Assembly: GCF_020745735.1 (NCBI RefSeq) | Contig: NC_083410.1 | Coordinates: 3,508,117-3,572,116 of the forward strand | Source of the DNA: Hemiscyllium ocellatum | Lineage: Eukaryota | Reading direction: 5' to 3' | DNA: 64,000 nt | Shown: piece by piece, positions 49,294 through 62,310 of the stretch | Layout: every line of letters begins with the position of its first letter | Position numbering within the stretch: the stretch's first letter is position 1 | Position numbers and translations under genes: made by a program | The notes under the pieces: model-generated | What the model was told of the DNA's origin: nothing | The model's input: the letters and a program-made list of their open reading frames with translations, nothing else | Database searches by the model: none

Positions 49294-49704
49294 CCCTCAG
49301 TAGCCACTCCTTCCCAGTTCCATGGAGGAAATCTTTCTCTTCTTCTCTGGTCCCTCATAAATAAGTGGCTGTGCCTCCATGAAGCATCCACATCCAAGTG
49401 GAAGTTCTTGCTATGTTTTATACAACACAACGGTTTACCTTTCTCTGTCGAAGAGCAGTCTTCAGCCAAGCTGTGAATTGTGCTACTACCCACCAAGGTT
49501 GGAAAGAGCTTGAGCATCACCGCATCAAGTTCAATTCCTGCTCTTCCGACAAATGCCCAGAGTGTGAGGAGGCTTCTTACAGGGATTTTCATCTCCCCCT
49601 CCTGTCACCTTCCCCCAGCACCACCAAATCCTTCCCTTGCTCATTGGTCTGGTGCTTGTGATAGTGCTGTCCCTGTGAGCCTGGCAGTGGAATTGAATAT
49701 ATAC

Positions 49705-50040
49705 TGGTTACATTCAGCTGGGTTCCTGCCCCATAGATCGATCCCTGCACACTACAAACATAGACAGCATTGTCACTGAGTTGTACGTTTGTGATTTTCA
49801 GGATGTAGCTGTTATTGGTTACATCCCTGAAAGATTGGAAGCGTGCTGTCACTCCTTTGTTACGGTGGACATTGTTGTGTGAATCGGATGTTAGCAGCTC
49901 CTGTCTGCTGGATCCTTGCTTGAACCAAGTAACAATGAGTTTGCTGACATTGGCATTCTCCATGCGACACTGGAATCTGACAGAGCTACCCTGTATCACA
50001 CTGTGTACTGCTGGAGACTGGAGCAGAACTGGTCTCTCTG
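49705..50040 (-). CDS. Germline-joined VJ exon, copy 2 (ORF intact; gene probably leaderless)
   Basis: 336 bp with 13 nt and 8 aa differences from VJ1. Acceptor intact, donor GTATAT. Reads through 38 extra aa to a stop at 49589. Confidence 0.93.
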
Positions 50041-53000
50041 CTGTCAGGGGAAAGAAATCTCACTTATAAATCATCAAACTTAGTACAAAAAAAAACAGAA
50101 TATTAAAATTTGGTAAAGCCTTTTGTTGATGGAAGAGCAAGAGCTAAAAAAAGAGCAAATAATCATGAATTTACATCTTAGAGTCCTTGAGACATAAAGA
50201 TTGACAGAACAGATCAACCCATCACATTCACACCAGTCAAAAACATCTTCCTCACGATTATAATCCCACTTTCCCCAACATGGACCATAGCATTGTATGT
50301 CTTGGCGTCACAAGTGAACACCCAAATAATTACTCAATGTGCTGAAAAATGTTGCCTCTCCCACCCTGACTGACAGTGAGTTCCAGAGACCCACTACCCT
50401 CTGGGTAATTCCATGTTTTCCCAAATCTCCTCTAAACTTTCTGCACCTACCTTGAAATGTCCCCGGTCATTCATCCCTCTCTCACAGGAAAATATTAGTT
50501 TCAGTCTAGATTTTCTCTGCCCCTCATAATTTTATACATCTCCCTGTCCCCTCTAAACCTCCTCTGCTCTAAGAAAAACAACTCCAGTTTGTCTTGTATC
50601 TTATATCTTGCCATGTAATTCTGATAAGATGAAAGAGATATAAGTTTATTCCTCCATCTCACTCCACCCTCAGTACAACCCACAGTGTCAACTGCCTCAT
50701 CGATAGTCATCCCATCCCCATTTCCCTATCTAATGCAAGCTCTGATTGAAGCCAATCATGTAGACTGCTTTCTCTTGAATGGTGTCAAGTTTCTGAGTGC
50801 ATTTGGAGCTGTAACCATGCAGGCAAGTAGGGAGTATTCCCGCAATTTTTACAAATATGTGTTAAAATTAATTTTCTGATGAAGGACGGATTCCTCAGAA
50901 ATGAGATAACTTATCTCCAGCACTTACATTTTCCCTCTCAGGTTCACAGAATCACAGAATTGCTACAGTGCAGGTGAAACAATATAAGATCTAGGAGCAA
51001 GAAGAGGCCATTCAGCCACATGAGCCTGCTCCACCAGTTAAAACCATCATGGCTCTTCTCATCTTGGCCTTAACTCCACTTTACTGCCTGCTCTCCATAA
51101 CCTTTCAACCTATTGGTAATTAAAAATCTGCCCATCTCCTCCATAACTTTGCTCAGTGTCCCAACATCCACCATACTCTGGAGCAGCAATCTCGTACATT
51201 CATGACACTTTGAGGAAATCATTCTTCCTCATCTCTATTTTAAATCTCCCACCTCTTAACTGAAAACAATGATCTTTCATTTGAGATTGCCTCACAAGAG
51301 GAACTATCTATCTTGAGTCTCTTTTGCTAATCCCCTTCAGTACGTTATATATTCCCATAAGAACTCTTCTCATTCTACTGAACTCCAGAGAGTATCAACC
51401 TAAGTTGCTCAGTCTGTCTTCATAAGGGAAACCTTTCACCTCTGGAATCACACTCATGAACCTCCTCTGATCTGCCTCCACTACAACTACGTCCTTCCTC
51501 AGTTAAGGGGCTGAAATTATTTGCAATAGGATGTGGTCTCAGTAATGTCTTGTACTTTTCACTATCTTTTCATTGTCACTGCTCATAACATTTTTATGCA
51601 CTTTAACATTTTGAGTTGATAATATAAATCAAAGAATTTTAACTATGACTCTCTGACTGCAATATGTAAACTAATGGAATTGTTTTTACTTTCTGGTTTA
51701 TGTTTTTGAAAAGGCCATGGTATGCTTCTAACTCTTGTCCTTTCTGTACTGTAAGGCTAACTTTGAGGTCTGTTTAGGCTTAGAATACATTGCCAAGTTT
51801 TGTTGAGTTTTGTAGTAGACACAGTTTTGTAAGTGTAATTCAGCTGAGTATCATTTCAAACACTTTAGCTTTTCTTAGGATTATTCACTTCAAAAGCTCG
51901 ATGAATCTGAATTCCCCTCTCACACAGAGAGTTCTCATTTCACTCCAATGCCCTTCTTGAAATCCCATGTTATAAATTGTCATATGACAAGAAGTTCTCC
52001 CTCTGATTTGTCATTCCAGGTTCTGACAAAGGAGAATTGCGCAAAGGTTAAAATAAAAGACAACCATTAATATAACCAGCTCATATTGTTTACAAAAACA
52101 GAAATTGCTGGAAGAGCTCAGCAAGTCTTGCAGTGTCTGAGGAGAGACATCAGAGTTAATATTACAGGTCAAATTCCTCAGAATTCCTCAGTCCATATTG
52201 GTCCTCCCACCATGTTTGTAAAGACATTGATGCATCATTATCCATCCAACTCCTACATCCCTTCAAAAATGTTCCCTCATTCACTTAGCACTCCCAGTCT
52301 CAATTTAGATGTTTGTCAATAAGATTCTAATTTCCTGATTTATATCTTACTCCTGTTTAGAACAACAAGAGTATTTGCTAAAACACTTTGCTGTTGCCTT
52401 GATGTGTTATGATCTTGGGAACATGACACTTAACTATTGCCCAATTTGAAACTGCTTTCTGTTATTATCTGTAATTTCTCATTCACAACTCTTCTCTTTA
52501 TCACTGAAGAAACTTCAATTGTAATATTATTTCAACAAAATAACCACAAGAAGTTTGACTGCCAGTCTGCTTTAAGACAGTAAGACCAGATGATATAGGA
52601 GCAGGAATAGGCTATTCGGCCCCTTGAATTTGCACCACCATTCCATGGGATCATGGCTAATCCAACAATCTTCACATCCAATTTCCTGCCCTTTCTCAAG
52701 AGTGATTCACCTCATTCTCAACCTTAAATATACTCAAGGACTCTGCCCCAACAGCTCTCTGTAGCAAAGAGTTCCAAAGAGTCTCCAACACTGTGGGAGA
52801 AGAAAGTTTTCCTCATCTCTGTCTTAAATTGAAGTTCCTTTATTCTGAGATGAAATCCTCTGGTCCTAAACTCTCCCATGAGAGAAAACATCTTGTCAAC
52901 ATCTACCCTGACAATCCGCTTAAGAATGCTATATGTTTCCATGAGATCACCTCTCATTCTTCAAAATTCCAGTGAGTAGAGTCACAACCTGTTTAATCTT

Positions 53001-53434
53001 TGCTCAGAAGACAATCCGTTCATACCAGGGATCAACTGTGTGGACTTTCTTTGAACTGCTTCCAATGAAATTATATCTTTTTCTCAAATAAGGAAGCAAA
53101 ACTGCTGACAGTGCATTAGATGTAATTTCACCAGCAGTTTGAATAGGTACAATAAAATCTTCATACTCCCTCATTCTCCAACCCTCTTAAAGTAAGGGCC
53201 AACACTGATTATCCTCCTGATTACCTGCTGCTGCTGTGTTGTAGCATTCTGTGTTTTTTGCACAAGCTCCCCCCATATCCCTTTGTGTTGCAGCCTTCAG
53301 CAGTTTTTTTCTTGGGTTCAATAACTTGTACTTAAGACCATAAGACAGGCCATAAGACATAGGAGTGGAAGTAGGGAGATTCAGCCCATCGAGTCCACTC
53401 CACCATTCAATCATGGCCGATGGGCATTTCAACT

Positions 53435-54898
53435 GCTGCAAATGTGTTGCTGGTCCGCAACTACACTGGCACCACCCCCCACCTTTTCCTCCGCTACATC
53501 GATGACTGTATCGGCGCTGCCTCGTGCTCCCACGAGGAGGTTGAACAGTTCATCAACTTTACTAACACCTTCCATCCCGACCTGAAATTCACCTGGACTG
53601 TCTCAGACTCCTCCCTCCCCTTCCTAGACCTTTCCATTTCTATCTCGGGCGACCGACTCAACACAGACATCTATTATAAACCGACTGACTCCCACAGCTA
53701 CCTGGACTACACCTCCTCCCACCCTGCCCCCTGTAAAAACGCCATCCCATATTCCCAATTCCTTCGTCTCCGCCGCATCTGCTCCCAGGAGGACCAATTC
53801 CAACACCGCACAACCCAGATGGCCTCCTTCTTCAAGGACCGCAGATTCCCCCCAGACGTGATCGACGATGCCCTCCACCGCATCTCCTCCACTTCCCGCT
53901 CCTCCGCCCTTGAGCCCCGCTCCTCCAACCGCCACCAAGACAGAACCCCACTGGTTCTCACCTACCACCCCACCAACCTGCGCATACAACGTATTATCCG
54001 CCGCCATTTCCGCCACCTCCAAACGGACCCCACCACCAAGGATATATTTCCCTCCCCTCCCCTATCAGCGTTCCGCAAGGACCACTCCCTTCGTGACTCC
54101 CTTGTCAGATCCACACCCCCCACCAACCCAACCTCCACCCCCGGCACCTTCCCCTGCAACCGCAGGAAATGTAAAACTTGCGCCCACACCTCCACACTCA
54201 CTTCCCTCCAAGGCCCCAAGGGATCCTTCCATATCCGCCACAAGTTCACCTGTACCTCCACACACATCATCTATTGCATCCGCTGCACCCGATGTGGCCT
54301 CCTCTATATTGGTGAGACAGGCCGCTTACTTGCGGAACGCTTCAGAGAACACCTCTGGGCCGCCCGAACCAACCAACCCAATCACCCCGTGGCTCAACAC
54401 TTTAACTCCCCCTCCCACTCCACCGAGGACATGCAGGTCCTTGGACTCCTCCACCGGCAGAACACAACTACACGACGGCTGGAGGAGGAGCGCCTCATCT
54501 TCCGCCTGGGAACCCTCCAACCACAAGGTATGAATTCAGATTTCTCCAGCTTCCTCATTTCCCCTCCCCCCACCTTGTCTCAGTCGGTTCCCTCAACTCA
54601 GCACCGCCCTCCTAACCTGCAATCTCCTTCCTGACCTCTCCGCCCCCACCCCACTCCGGCCTATCACCCTCACCTTGACCTCCTTCCACCTATCCCACCT
54701 CCATCGCCCCTCCCCCTAGTCCCTCCTCCCTACCTTTTATCTCAGCCGGCTTGGCTCTCTCTCTCTTATTCCTGATGAAGGGCTTATGCTCGAAACGTCG
54801 AATTCTCTATTCCTGAGATGCTGCCTAACCTGCTGTGCTTTGACCAGCAACACATTTGCAGCTGTGATCTCCAGCATCTGCAGACCTCATTTTTTACT
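53435..54898 (+). mobile_element. Young 5'-truncated Penelope-like element (RT C-terminus plus GIY-YIG)
   Basis: Stop-free ORF to 54634 (FLRYIDDCIG, LPFLDL, LLYIGETGR). 17-bp TSD cgatgggcatttcaact at 53418 and 54899. 5' 21 bp are an inverted copy of 54842-54862. Confidence 0.95.
54768..54803 (+). ncRNA. Minimal type-I hammerhead ribozyme motif
   Basis: attc-CTGATGA-a-gggc/ttat/gctc-GAAA-C-GTC-gaat. Stems I and II pair; palindromic ACGT stem III. Confidence 0.65.
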
Positions 54899-55784
54899 CG
54901 ATGGGCATTTCAACTCCAATTACCTGCATTCTCCCCGTAGCCCTTAATTCCTTGTGACATCAAGAATTTATCAATCTCTGCCTTGAAGCCATTTAGCATC
55001 CCAGCCTCCACTGCACTCTGCGGCAATGAATTTCACAGGCCCACCACTCTCTGGCTGAAGAAATGTCTCCACATTTCTGTTCTGAATTTACCCCCTCTAA
55101 TTCTAAGGCTGTGTCCACAGGTCCTAGTCTCCTCGCCTAACGGAAACAATTTCCTAGCATCCACCCTTTCAAAGCCATGTATTATCTTGTAAGTCTCTAT
55201 TAGATCTCCCGTTGATCTTCTAAATTCCAATGAATACAATCCCAGGTTCCTCGTATGTTAAACCTACCATTCCAGGGATCATCCGTGTGAATCTCCGCTG
55301 GACACAATCCAGTGCCAATATGTCCTTCCTGAGGTGTGGGGACAAAATTTGGACACAGTACTCCAAATGGGGCCTAACCAGAGTTTTATAAAGTCTCAGT
55401 AGCACATCTCTGCTTTTATATTCCAACCCTCTTGCATCACAACCAATTACAAAGGAGGTCACATGAGTGATATTCATTGATAAGGACAGTCCCCACAGCT
55501 TTAACAGTCAGTTCCGCAATCTCACCACTCACCATGGAAACACATTCCTCCCAAGTTATTCATTTGATCTGACTGGAATTCTTTCTTTTAATTTTACTTT
55601 TTTTTTCCTAGACTGACACAATAGTCAATTGACTTGGGCAATCACACTGAACTGTGGAGGAAATACAAACCAGCCAATAGGGATCCTTACCAATGAAGGT
55701 AAGCGTGAAGGGAGGTTTACACAGCCACCTCAGAGGTTTAACTTCACAGAGTAAGTGTTGGAGCAGTTGTTGCACATGAACTAG

Positions 55785-56014
55785 ACTGTGTGGCGTTGGC
55801 ACGTTCTCCCCGTGTCTGCGTGGGTTTCCTCCGGGTGCTCCGGTTTCCTCCCACAGTCCAAAGATGTGCGGGTCAGGTGAATTGGCCATGCTAAATTGCC
55901 CGTAGTGTTAGGTAAGGGGTAAATGTAGGGGTATGGGTGGGTTGCGCTTCGGCGGGTCAGTGTGGACTTGTTGGGCCGAAGGGCCTGTTTCCTCACTGTA
56001 AATCTAATCTAATC
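55785..56014 (+). mobile_element. 5'-truncated HE1-type SINE
   Basis: Near-reverse-complement of 1715-1950, (atcta)n tail. Absent at paralogous 16210. Confidence 0.85.
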
Positions 56015-56296
56015 TACAACTAACACAGAAAGTAACAGAGCAAAGCCACCTGTCTTTTCATCAAAGTGGAATATAATTCAATCATTGCAAACTCAGTTTG
56101 TTGTAATGAACCAGTGACTCACTAACTCCCATCAGTTTGTCCAGCATCAGTGGAAACTGATTGCTCTGTTTTAGAGTCTTGAAACTTCCTGAAAACTACA
56201 GAGCTGGGGACATTCTGAAACACCCACCCATGGAGAGGGCAGACAGTCAATATGTCTGTCTCATACCTTCAATAAGACAAGAAACAAAAAGGAACT

Positions 56297-57238
56297 TAGA
56301 TTCATAGGGTCATACAGTTGTACGGCACGGAAACAGGCCCTTCAGTCCAACTTGCCCATTGCAACCAGACATCCTAAATTGATTTTGTCCCATTTGCCAG
56401 TATTTGGCCCATATCTCTCTAAACCCTTCGTATTCACATACCCATCAAGTGCCTTTTAAATGTTGTAACTGTATCAGCCTCCGCCACTTCCTCTGGCAAT
56501 TCATTCTATACACGCACCATCCTCAGCATGAAAAGGTTTCCTCTAATGTCCATTTCTGATTTGTTCCCCTCCCACCTTAAACCTATGCCCTCTAGTTTTA
56601 GACTCCACCACCCCAGGGAAAAGACCTCACTATTCACCCTATCCATGCCCCTCATGATTTTATAAACCTCTATAAAGTCAACCCTCAGCCTCCAGCACTT
56701 CTAGAAAATTAGCCCAAGCTTATTCAGCCTCTCGCTATAGCTCAATTCCTCTAACGCTCGCAACATTCTTGTCAATCTTTTCTGAATCCTTTCCTATTTT
56801 ACAATATCCTTCTTATAACAAGGAGATCAGAATTGCATACAATATTCTAACAGAGGCCTAACCAAGGTCCTGTACAGCTGCAACATGAACTCCCAACTCC
56901 TGTACTCAACACATTGACCAATAAAGGCAAGTACTGACTTCTTTATTAACCTGTCTAGCTGTGACTCCATTTTCCAATAACTATGAACCTGCACTCCAAG
57001 GTCTCTTTGTTCAGCAGCACCCTCCAGGACTTTACCATTAAGTGTATAAGTCCTACCCTGATTTGCCTTCACAAAATGCAGCAGCTCATATTTATCGAAA
57101 TTAAACTCCATCTGCCCCTCTTCGGAACATCAGCCCATCTGATCGAGATCCCGTTGTACTGTAAGGTAAACTTCTTCACTGTCCACTGCACTTCCAATTT
57201 TCATGTCATCTGCAAACTTACTAACCATGCATCTGTAT
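56297..57238 (-). mobile_element. CR1 3' fragment specific to this copy
   Basis: ORF 56827-57111 (QRDLGVQVH...LVRPLLEYCMQF). Absent at 16490 and 43695. Confidence 0.85.
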
Positions 57239-57869
57239 TTAGCTAGCCCCTTTCCCATCCTCAGCAATGTCAAGGCACCTTATAACCATGAAGAATATCT
57301 TTGAAAGTGCACTCACTGTTGTTCTACAGGGAATGATTGTAAGCACTTCCCAAATATTCAGTTCCCACCAACAACAAAGACACAATGCCCAGACCATCTG
57401 TTGATTGAAGGTCAGGATACCACGGCAATCTCTCTTGCCTTTCTTCAACATAGTGCCAGCTGAAGATCAACTCTGTCCACCTGAAAGGGTAGCCCTGGTC
57501 TGGGGAAACATTGCCTCAGAAAGGCTGTGCCTCTGACAGTGAACACAACCTCAACACTGCCCCGAGTGCTGGTATTTTTGGATAGACTGCTGGGGCAGCC
57601 CAATCAGTTCTGAACAACAATCAGAAAGATGCACAGTAGTGAAATAACACAGGGTTTAATGTATCCAATTGATTCTCCTCAGAATGCAGGTGAATGTGTG
57701 TGTGAGTGGATGGCCGGAATTCTCTCGCCCTCTGATGTACAGGAAGCCTGTTCTGTCAAAAAGTTGAAGTGTTATTTCTCTCCGTTTCCCTGTCTTGTTT
57801 CCTGTTTCCTTGCCTGAGGCAGGGTGAACATTAGGTTAACAGTCCTCTCTCCCCCTCCCTTTCTCTCTA

Positions 57870-57912
<43 letters not shown>

Positions 57913-60900
57913 TTCCAATGAAGGAGCATTCCTATGGTCTGGTCAGACTAAGGTGATGATACTTAAGGGGCAGGACTGAGGGGTTCTTGAATGTATTCTC
58001 TGATGAGAGTCAGCCCCTTTGTGAAATGGCATATTGAGAGGAAATGCTGAGAACAATTGAAAACAAATTGATTTTCGTCAATACTTTTTACACAAAACAA
58101 ACCGACTGTCACCTGATAAGTGGAAGAGAGGTGAAAATCATCGGTTTGTGGGTAGGTGGTTGCTGCTCTTTTAAAATTCTTGCCTTATCACTGAATTTCC
58201 AGGAGGCCTGTTGGCTGAATAGTTCATTGTGTCGTGTTGGACCAACATTATCTCACACAGTGACCCTGATGTTGACATGGGGCTGAGAGACCGGTGATAA
58301 CTGACAGCATCAAAGGTCACATGGGAACAGACACAACAGAAAGCTGACCCCATTTCAGGCAGCTGGAGAGTTGGAGAGGGAAGTCTGCTGGGGACAAAAA
58401 TGAAATAATTACACATTTTGGACAACGGTTTCACATTATGACCTGATAGAATTTATCAAATTAAACATGGAAAGGCCTAAATACTCGTTATGTCAAACAG
58501 CCACAATAAGCAAAGGGGAATAAATGTGTAGACATTGTGAATTCTGTATACAGGTGAACATACCAGCATGCAAACAGATAGACAAACAAGAAACAAGAGT
58601 AGACCACTCAGTCCATCAAGCCAGTAAATTGCTGCCATATCTATTTTCACCAATTTCCCACATGACCTAAATTCTGTTCTCACTTTTTAATCCTCTGCGA
58701 AGGATTCAGTCCTGCATTCACTTGTTTATCCTCCAGTACAGTTTGCACAGTTGACATTCTGTTTGGACTGGTCCCCAGTTGGTTCTGATTACCTGTGTGA
58801 TAGCTCCAAATGGTGGTGGTCCCAAGTGAGAAAGAATGAACTGACACCTCTTCCTAATTCACCTCCTCTCTTGGTTGGTCACAATAAGATTAACTTTAAA
58901 AGGAGGCCTTACCTTATGGTTATTTTTCATCAGGCCAAATACATTTCTGTTTTTAAGGAGTCCAAAATAATCTGGTTTCTTTATTAGCAACTAACCATGG
59001 ACAAAGATTGCAAAAGACAGACACAGGGATGGTAACAATTAAAAAGATATCTAGTCTCTGGGTTTTGGTACACAGTAAGGTCAATGTAAAGTCGTCCTAT
59101 TCCCAGAGGGCCATGGTTCCAGAAAGCTGCTCTCATTAGAGACAGGGAGACGACTGATGTGAGTTTAACCTGAAGGTCACTATATCTCAAGTCAGGGGAG
59201 AGGTTGAGAAGATGGGAGCTGCCTGGTAACCTTTGGCTCCCTGGGAATTAAAACTATGCTGTTGATATTGCTGTACATGGTAAACCAGCACCCAGTCAAC
59301 TGAGCTAACCAACAATACACTCCCTCTCCCCTCATCATTCCACCTTTGAAAAGTCAATGGTGAAACCACATGGCTGTTTTAAACAAAGAAACAAAGAACA
59401 GTTCAGCACAAGAACGAAACCTTCAGCTCACCAAGATTGCAATAACAAATGATGCTTTTCTAAACTAAAAGCCTTTTGCTTCTCTGGTCTTTACTCCCTG
59501 CTTCTTCAGGTAACAGATAAATGGCAGTCTCAATGGATTGATGGGCCTCCAGCACTCAGAGCAATGGAGTTGCTGTGTTTTCTTTACCTGTTGTGTAGTG
59601 GTGTCTAATTACTGTTTTCAAACTGTGATGTTTGCAGGACTGGACTCCACAATAGCACATCAACCATGAATGTACACAAACTAGCAATAGTAGTTGTCTA
59701 TTAATTCGTTTGGAGTATATTTCTGGAACCATAAATCCCAAAATGTCTGCAGTTCAGGACATAACCCACAGCAATTGCTGAAAGGAGTAGTCACTCCCAA
59801 TCTCTCTGTACCATGGAATCTTGCTGAGCTTTGAATTGTATTTTTCTTTTTGCTATTGGTCATTCTCTGGCACCTTTATTTGTGTCCTGTTGATGGTGAT
59901 CAGGCTTTGGGAAGTGAGGAGGTGTGTTTCACCAAAACTGTGCACAGTGTCCCAGGTATGGTCTCACAAAGGTCCTATAAAGCTGCAGCAAGGCACATCT
60001 GCTCCAGTACAAAAATCCTCTTGCCATGAAAGCAAACATACCATTTGTCTTCCTTTCTGTAATTGGTGTACAAGGACACCTAACTCTCGTTGCTCCTCTC
60101 CCTTTCCCCAATCTGTCATCCTTCAGATTACAATGTGCCTTCCTGAATAACCTCACATTTATCCACATTATCCTGCATCTGCAATGCAGTTGTCCACTCA
60201 CTCAAATTGTCCAATTCACACTGAAGCATCTCTGCATCCTCCTCACAGCTCATCCTCCAATCCAGCTTTGTGTTATCTACAAACTAGGAGATATTACATT
60301 TAGTTTTCTCATCCACATCATTGAAACAAATTGTGAATACCTGAAGTCCTAGCACGGATCTCTGCAGTACCCACTAGTCTGCGATTTGGAGAAACATGTT
60401 TATTCCTTCTTCTTCTTTCCTTTGCCAACCTATTTTCCATCTGTGGATCCCCAAATCCATGTGTGTTCATTTTACTTGTTTCTTTTTCGTGGGACTATAT
60501 TGAAAGCTTTCTGAAAGTTATTGTGGTGAGGTGCAAACTTGAATCAACAGCAAAGAAGCAAAAGGGAATTGAAAAAGAAAACTCATCAAATATCTAATTG
60601 GTGCTTTAGATGGGGTTCCCTGATTTTTTTTTTCCTTTTCTGCCTTTAATATCCAAGTCTTAGAGCCATAGAGTCATAGAGATGTACGGCATGTAAATAG
60701 ACTCTTCGATTCAACTTGTCCATGCTGACCAGATATTCTAATTTAAACTCATCACATTTGCCAGCATTTGGTCCATATTCCTATAAACCCTTCAGATAGG
60801 TGTATCTGTCTGTACCTTCCTGTTCGTATCCCCACCCAGATACCTTTAAAATAATGTAATTGTACCCGCCTCCATCACTTGCTCTGGTAGTTCTTTCCAT

Positions 60901-61846
60901 ACATGCACAACATACATGAATGCGTTGCCCTTTCGGTTCCTTTTAAATCTCTTCCCTCTCGCCTTGAACTTATATCCTTTACTTTTGAACTCTCCTATGC
61001 TGGTAAAAAGAGCTTGGCTGTTCACCTGAGTCACACCCCTCATGATTTTATAAACTTCTAAAGGTCACTCCTCTGCCTCTGATGTTTCGTGGAAGATAGC
61101 CCCAATCTATTCAGCCTCTCCCTATAGCTAATATCTTGCCTACTTGTGTAACTGCCTTCTCATGGGACAGGAGAAATTCAAACAGGGTATTAGAAATTAT
61201 ATTTCCATTCTGTCTTTGGTTAAAACAAACAAGTTGCAATAAGTTTAAGTTTATCTTGATCAGTTCAGTAACCTGGTTTGTGTTTACATTTACCCCGAGT
61301 TCATTGGTCAGGAAAATTGGGGATTTTGGAATGTTTGACTCAATCTTTCCCAATTGGGTCAACTCCAGGAATGGTGGGCTTGATTTCCAGGGAGTCATGG
61401 CAGTGTTGAATTTTAAATAACCATGTTGCAATTATAACTGTAATGTATCTGTAAATAATCTGGGGATATGTTCCATTTTCATGACAATTACTGCAGCGAC
61501 TGTAACCACCTCTGTGTAATCCTCAGGGTAAATACACCGTGAGCAAATCATAAACACAAATAATATCAGATTCACTTCATGGAAAGCCCACTCAGTAATG
61601 TCTGTTCATTAAAAGGTTAAAAATAAGTTACTGAAAAACTTTGAAAAACAAGAAATGTTTCAAATTCAGTCCCCATGGGAAATGAGAGAACTGTGCTGAA
61701 CTTCCTCTTCACTGACATTTTAACATCTTTAACCCATGAGAAACAAGAGACTAACGAAGCTGCAGTTGGCCTGGACACTTTGTGTTTCGATGTATTAACT
61801 GGATTTACAATAAATTGTGTGGATAAACAGGGCTGACACTCTTGAG

Positions 61847-62310
61847 ACAATCAGTGGAACTCCCTTTACTGTGACCCTGTATCTCTGTTTGCTTTAGAGA
61901 AATTTAACTTGTTATAAAAGACTTTTCCATGGTTTGTGCTGCTGTGGAATTTATGTGAATTCTACAAGTTTGAATATTCAGAGCTAGAGGTGCATGCCAC
62001 AAGGAGAATTTATCATTATCTGGAGATTGTTTGGTACAGCTGGCACAGAGCTCCACAGGGTGGGAACACAGAGCAGAAAACAGAGTGTTCCTCCCATCCT
62101 TTGCTGTCATTTATTTACTGGGAGAATGGGATTGAGGGACAGGCTGCACATTAAGGCATGTATTTCGGGTGGATTGGATTGGTCTGTGTGTTCACTGTCT
62201 CATTGTGGTGGATTTGAAAGATAACCTCCCATTTTTATAAAGTTCGTGAATTTACTGCTTTGTGATTCGGAGTGAGTTTCACTAATGGGCCCATTCTGAC
62301 ACTCACATCA
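61847..62310 (+). pseudogene. Duplicate of the plus-strand leader and decayed V
   Basis: ATG changed to ACA, donor deleted, B-strand Cys TGC changed to TCC. Retains LAQSSTGWEHRAENRVFLP and a J-like FTNGPILTLT at 62278-62307. Confidence 0.55.
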
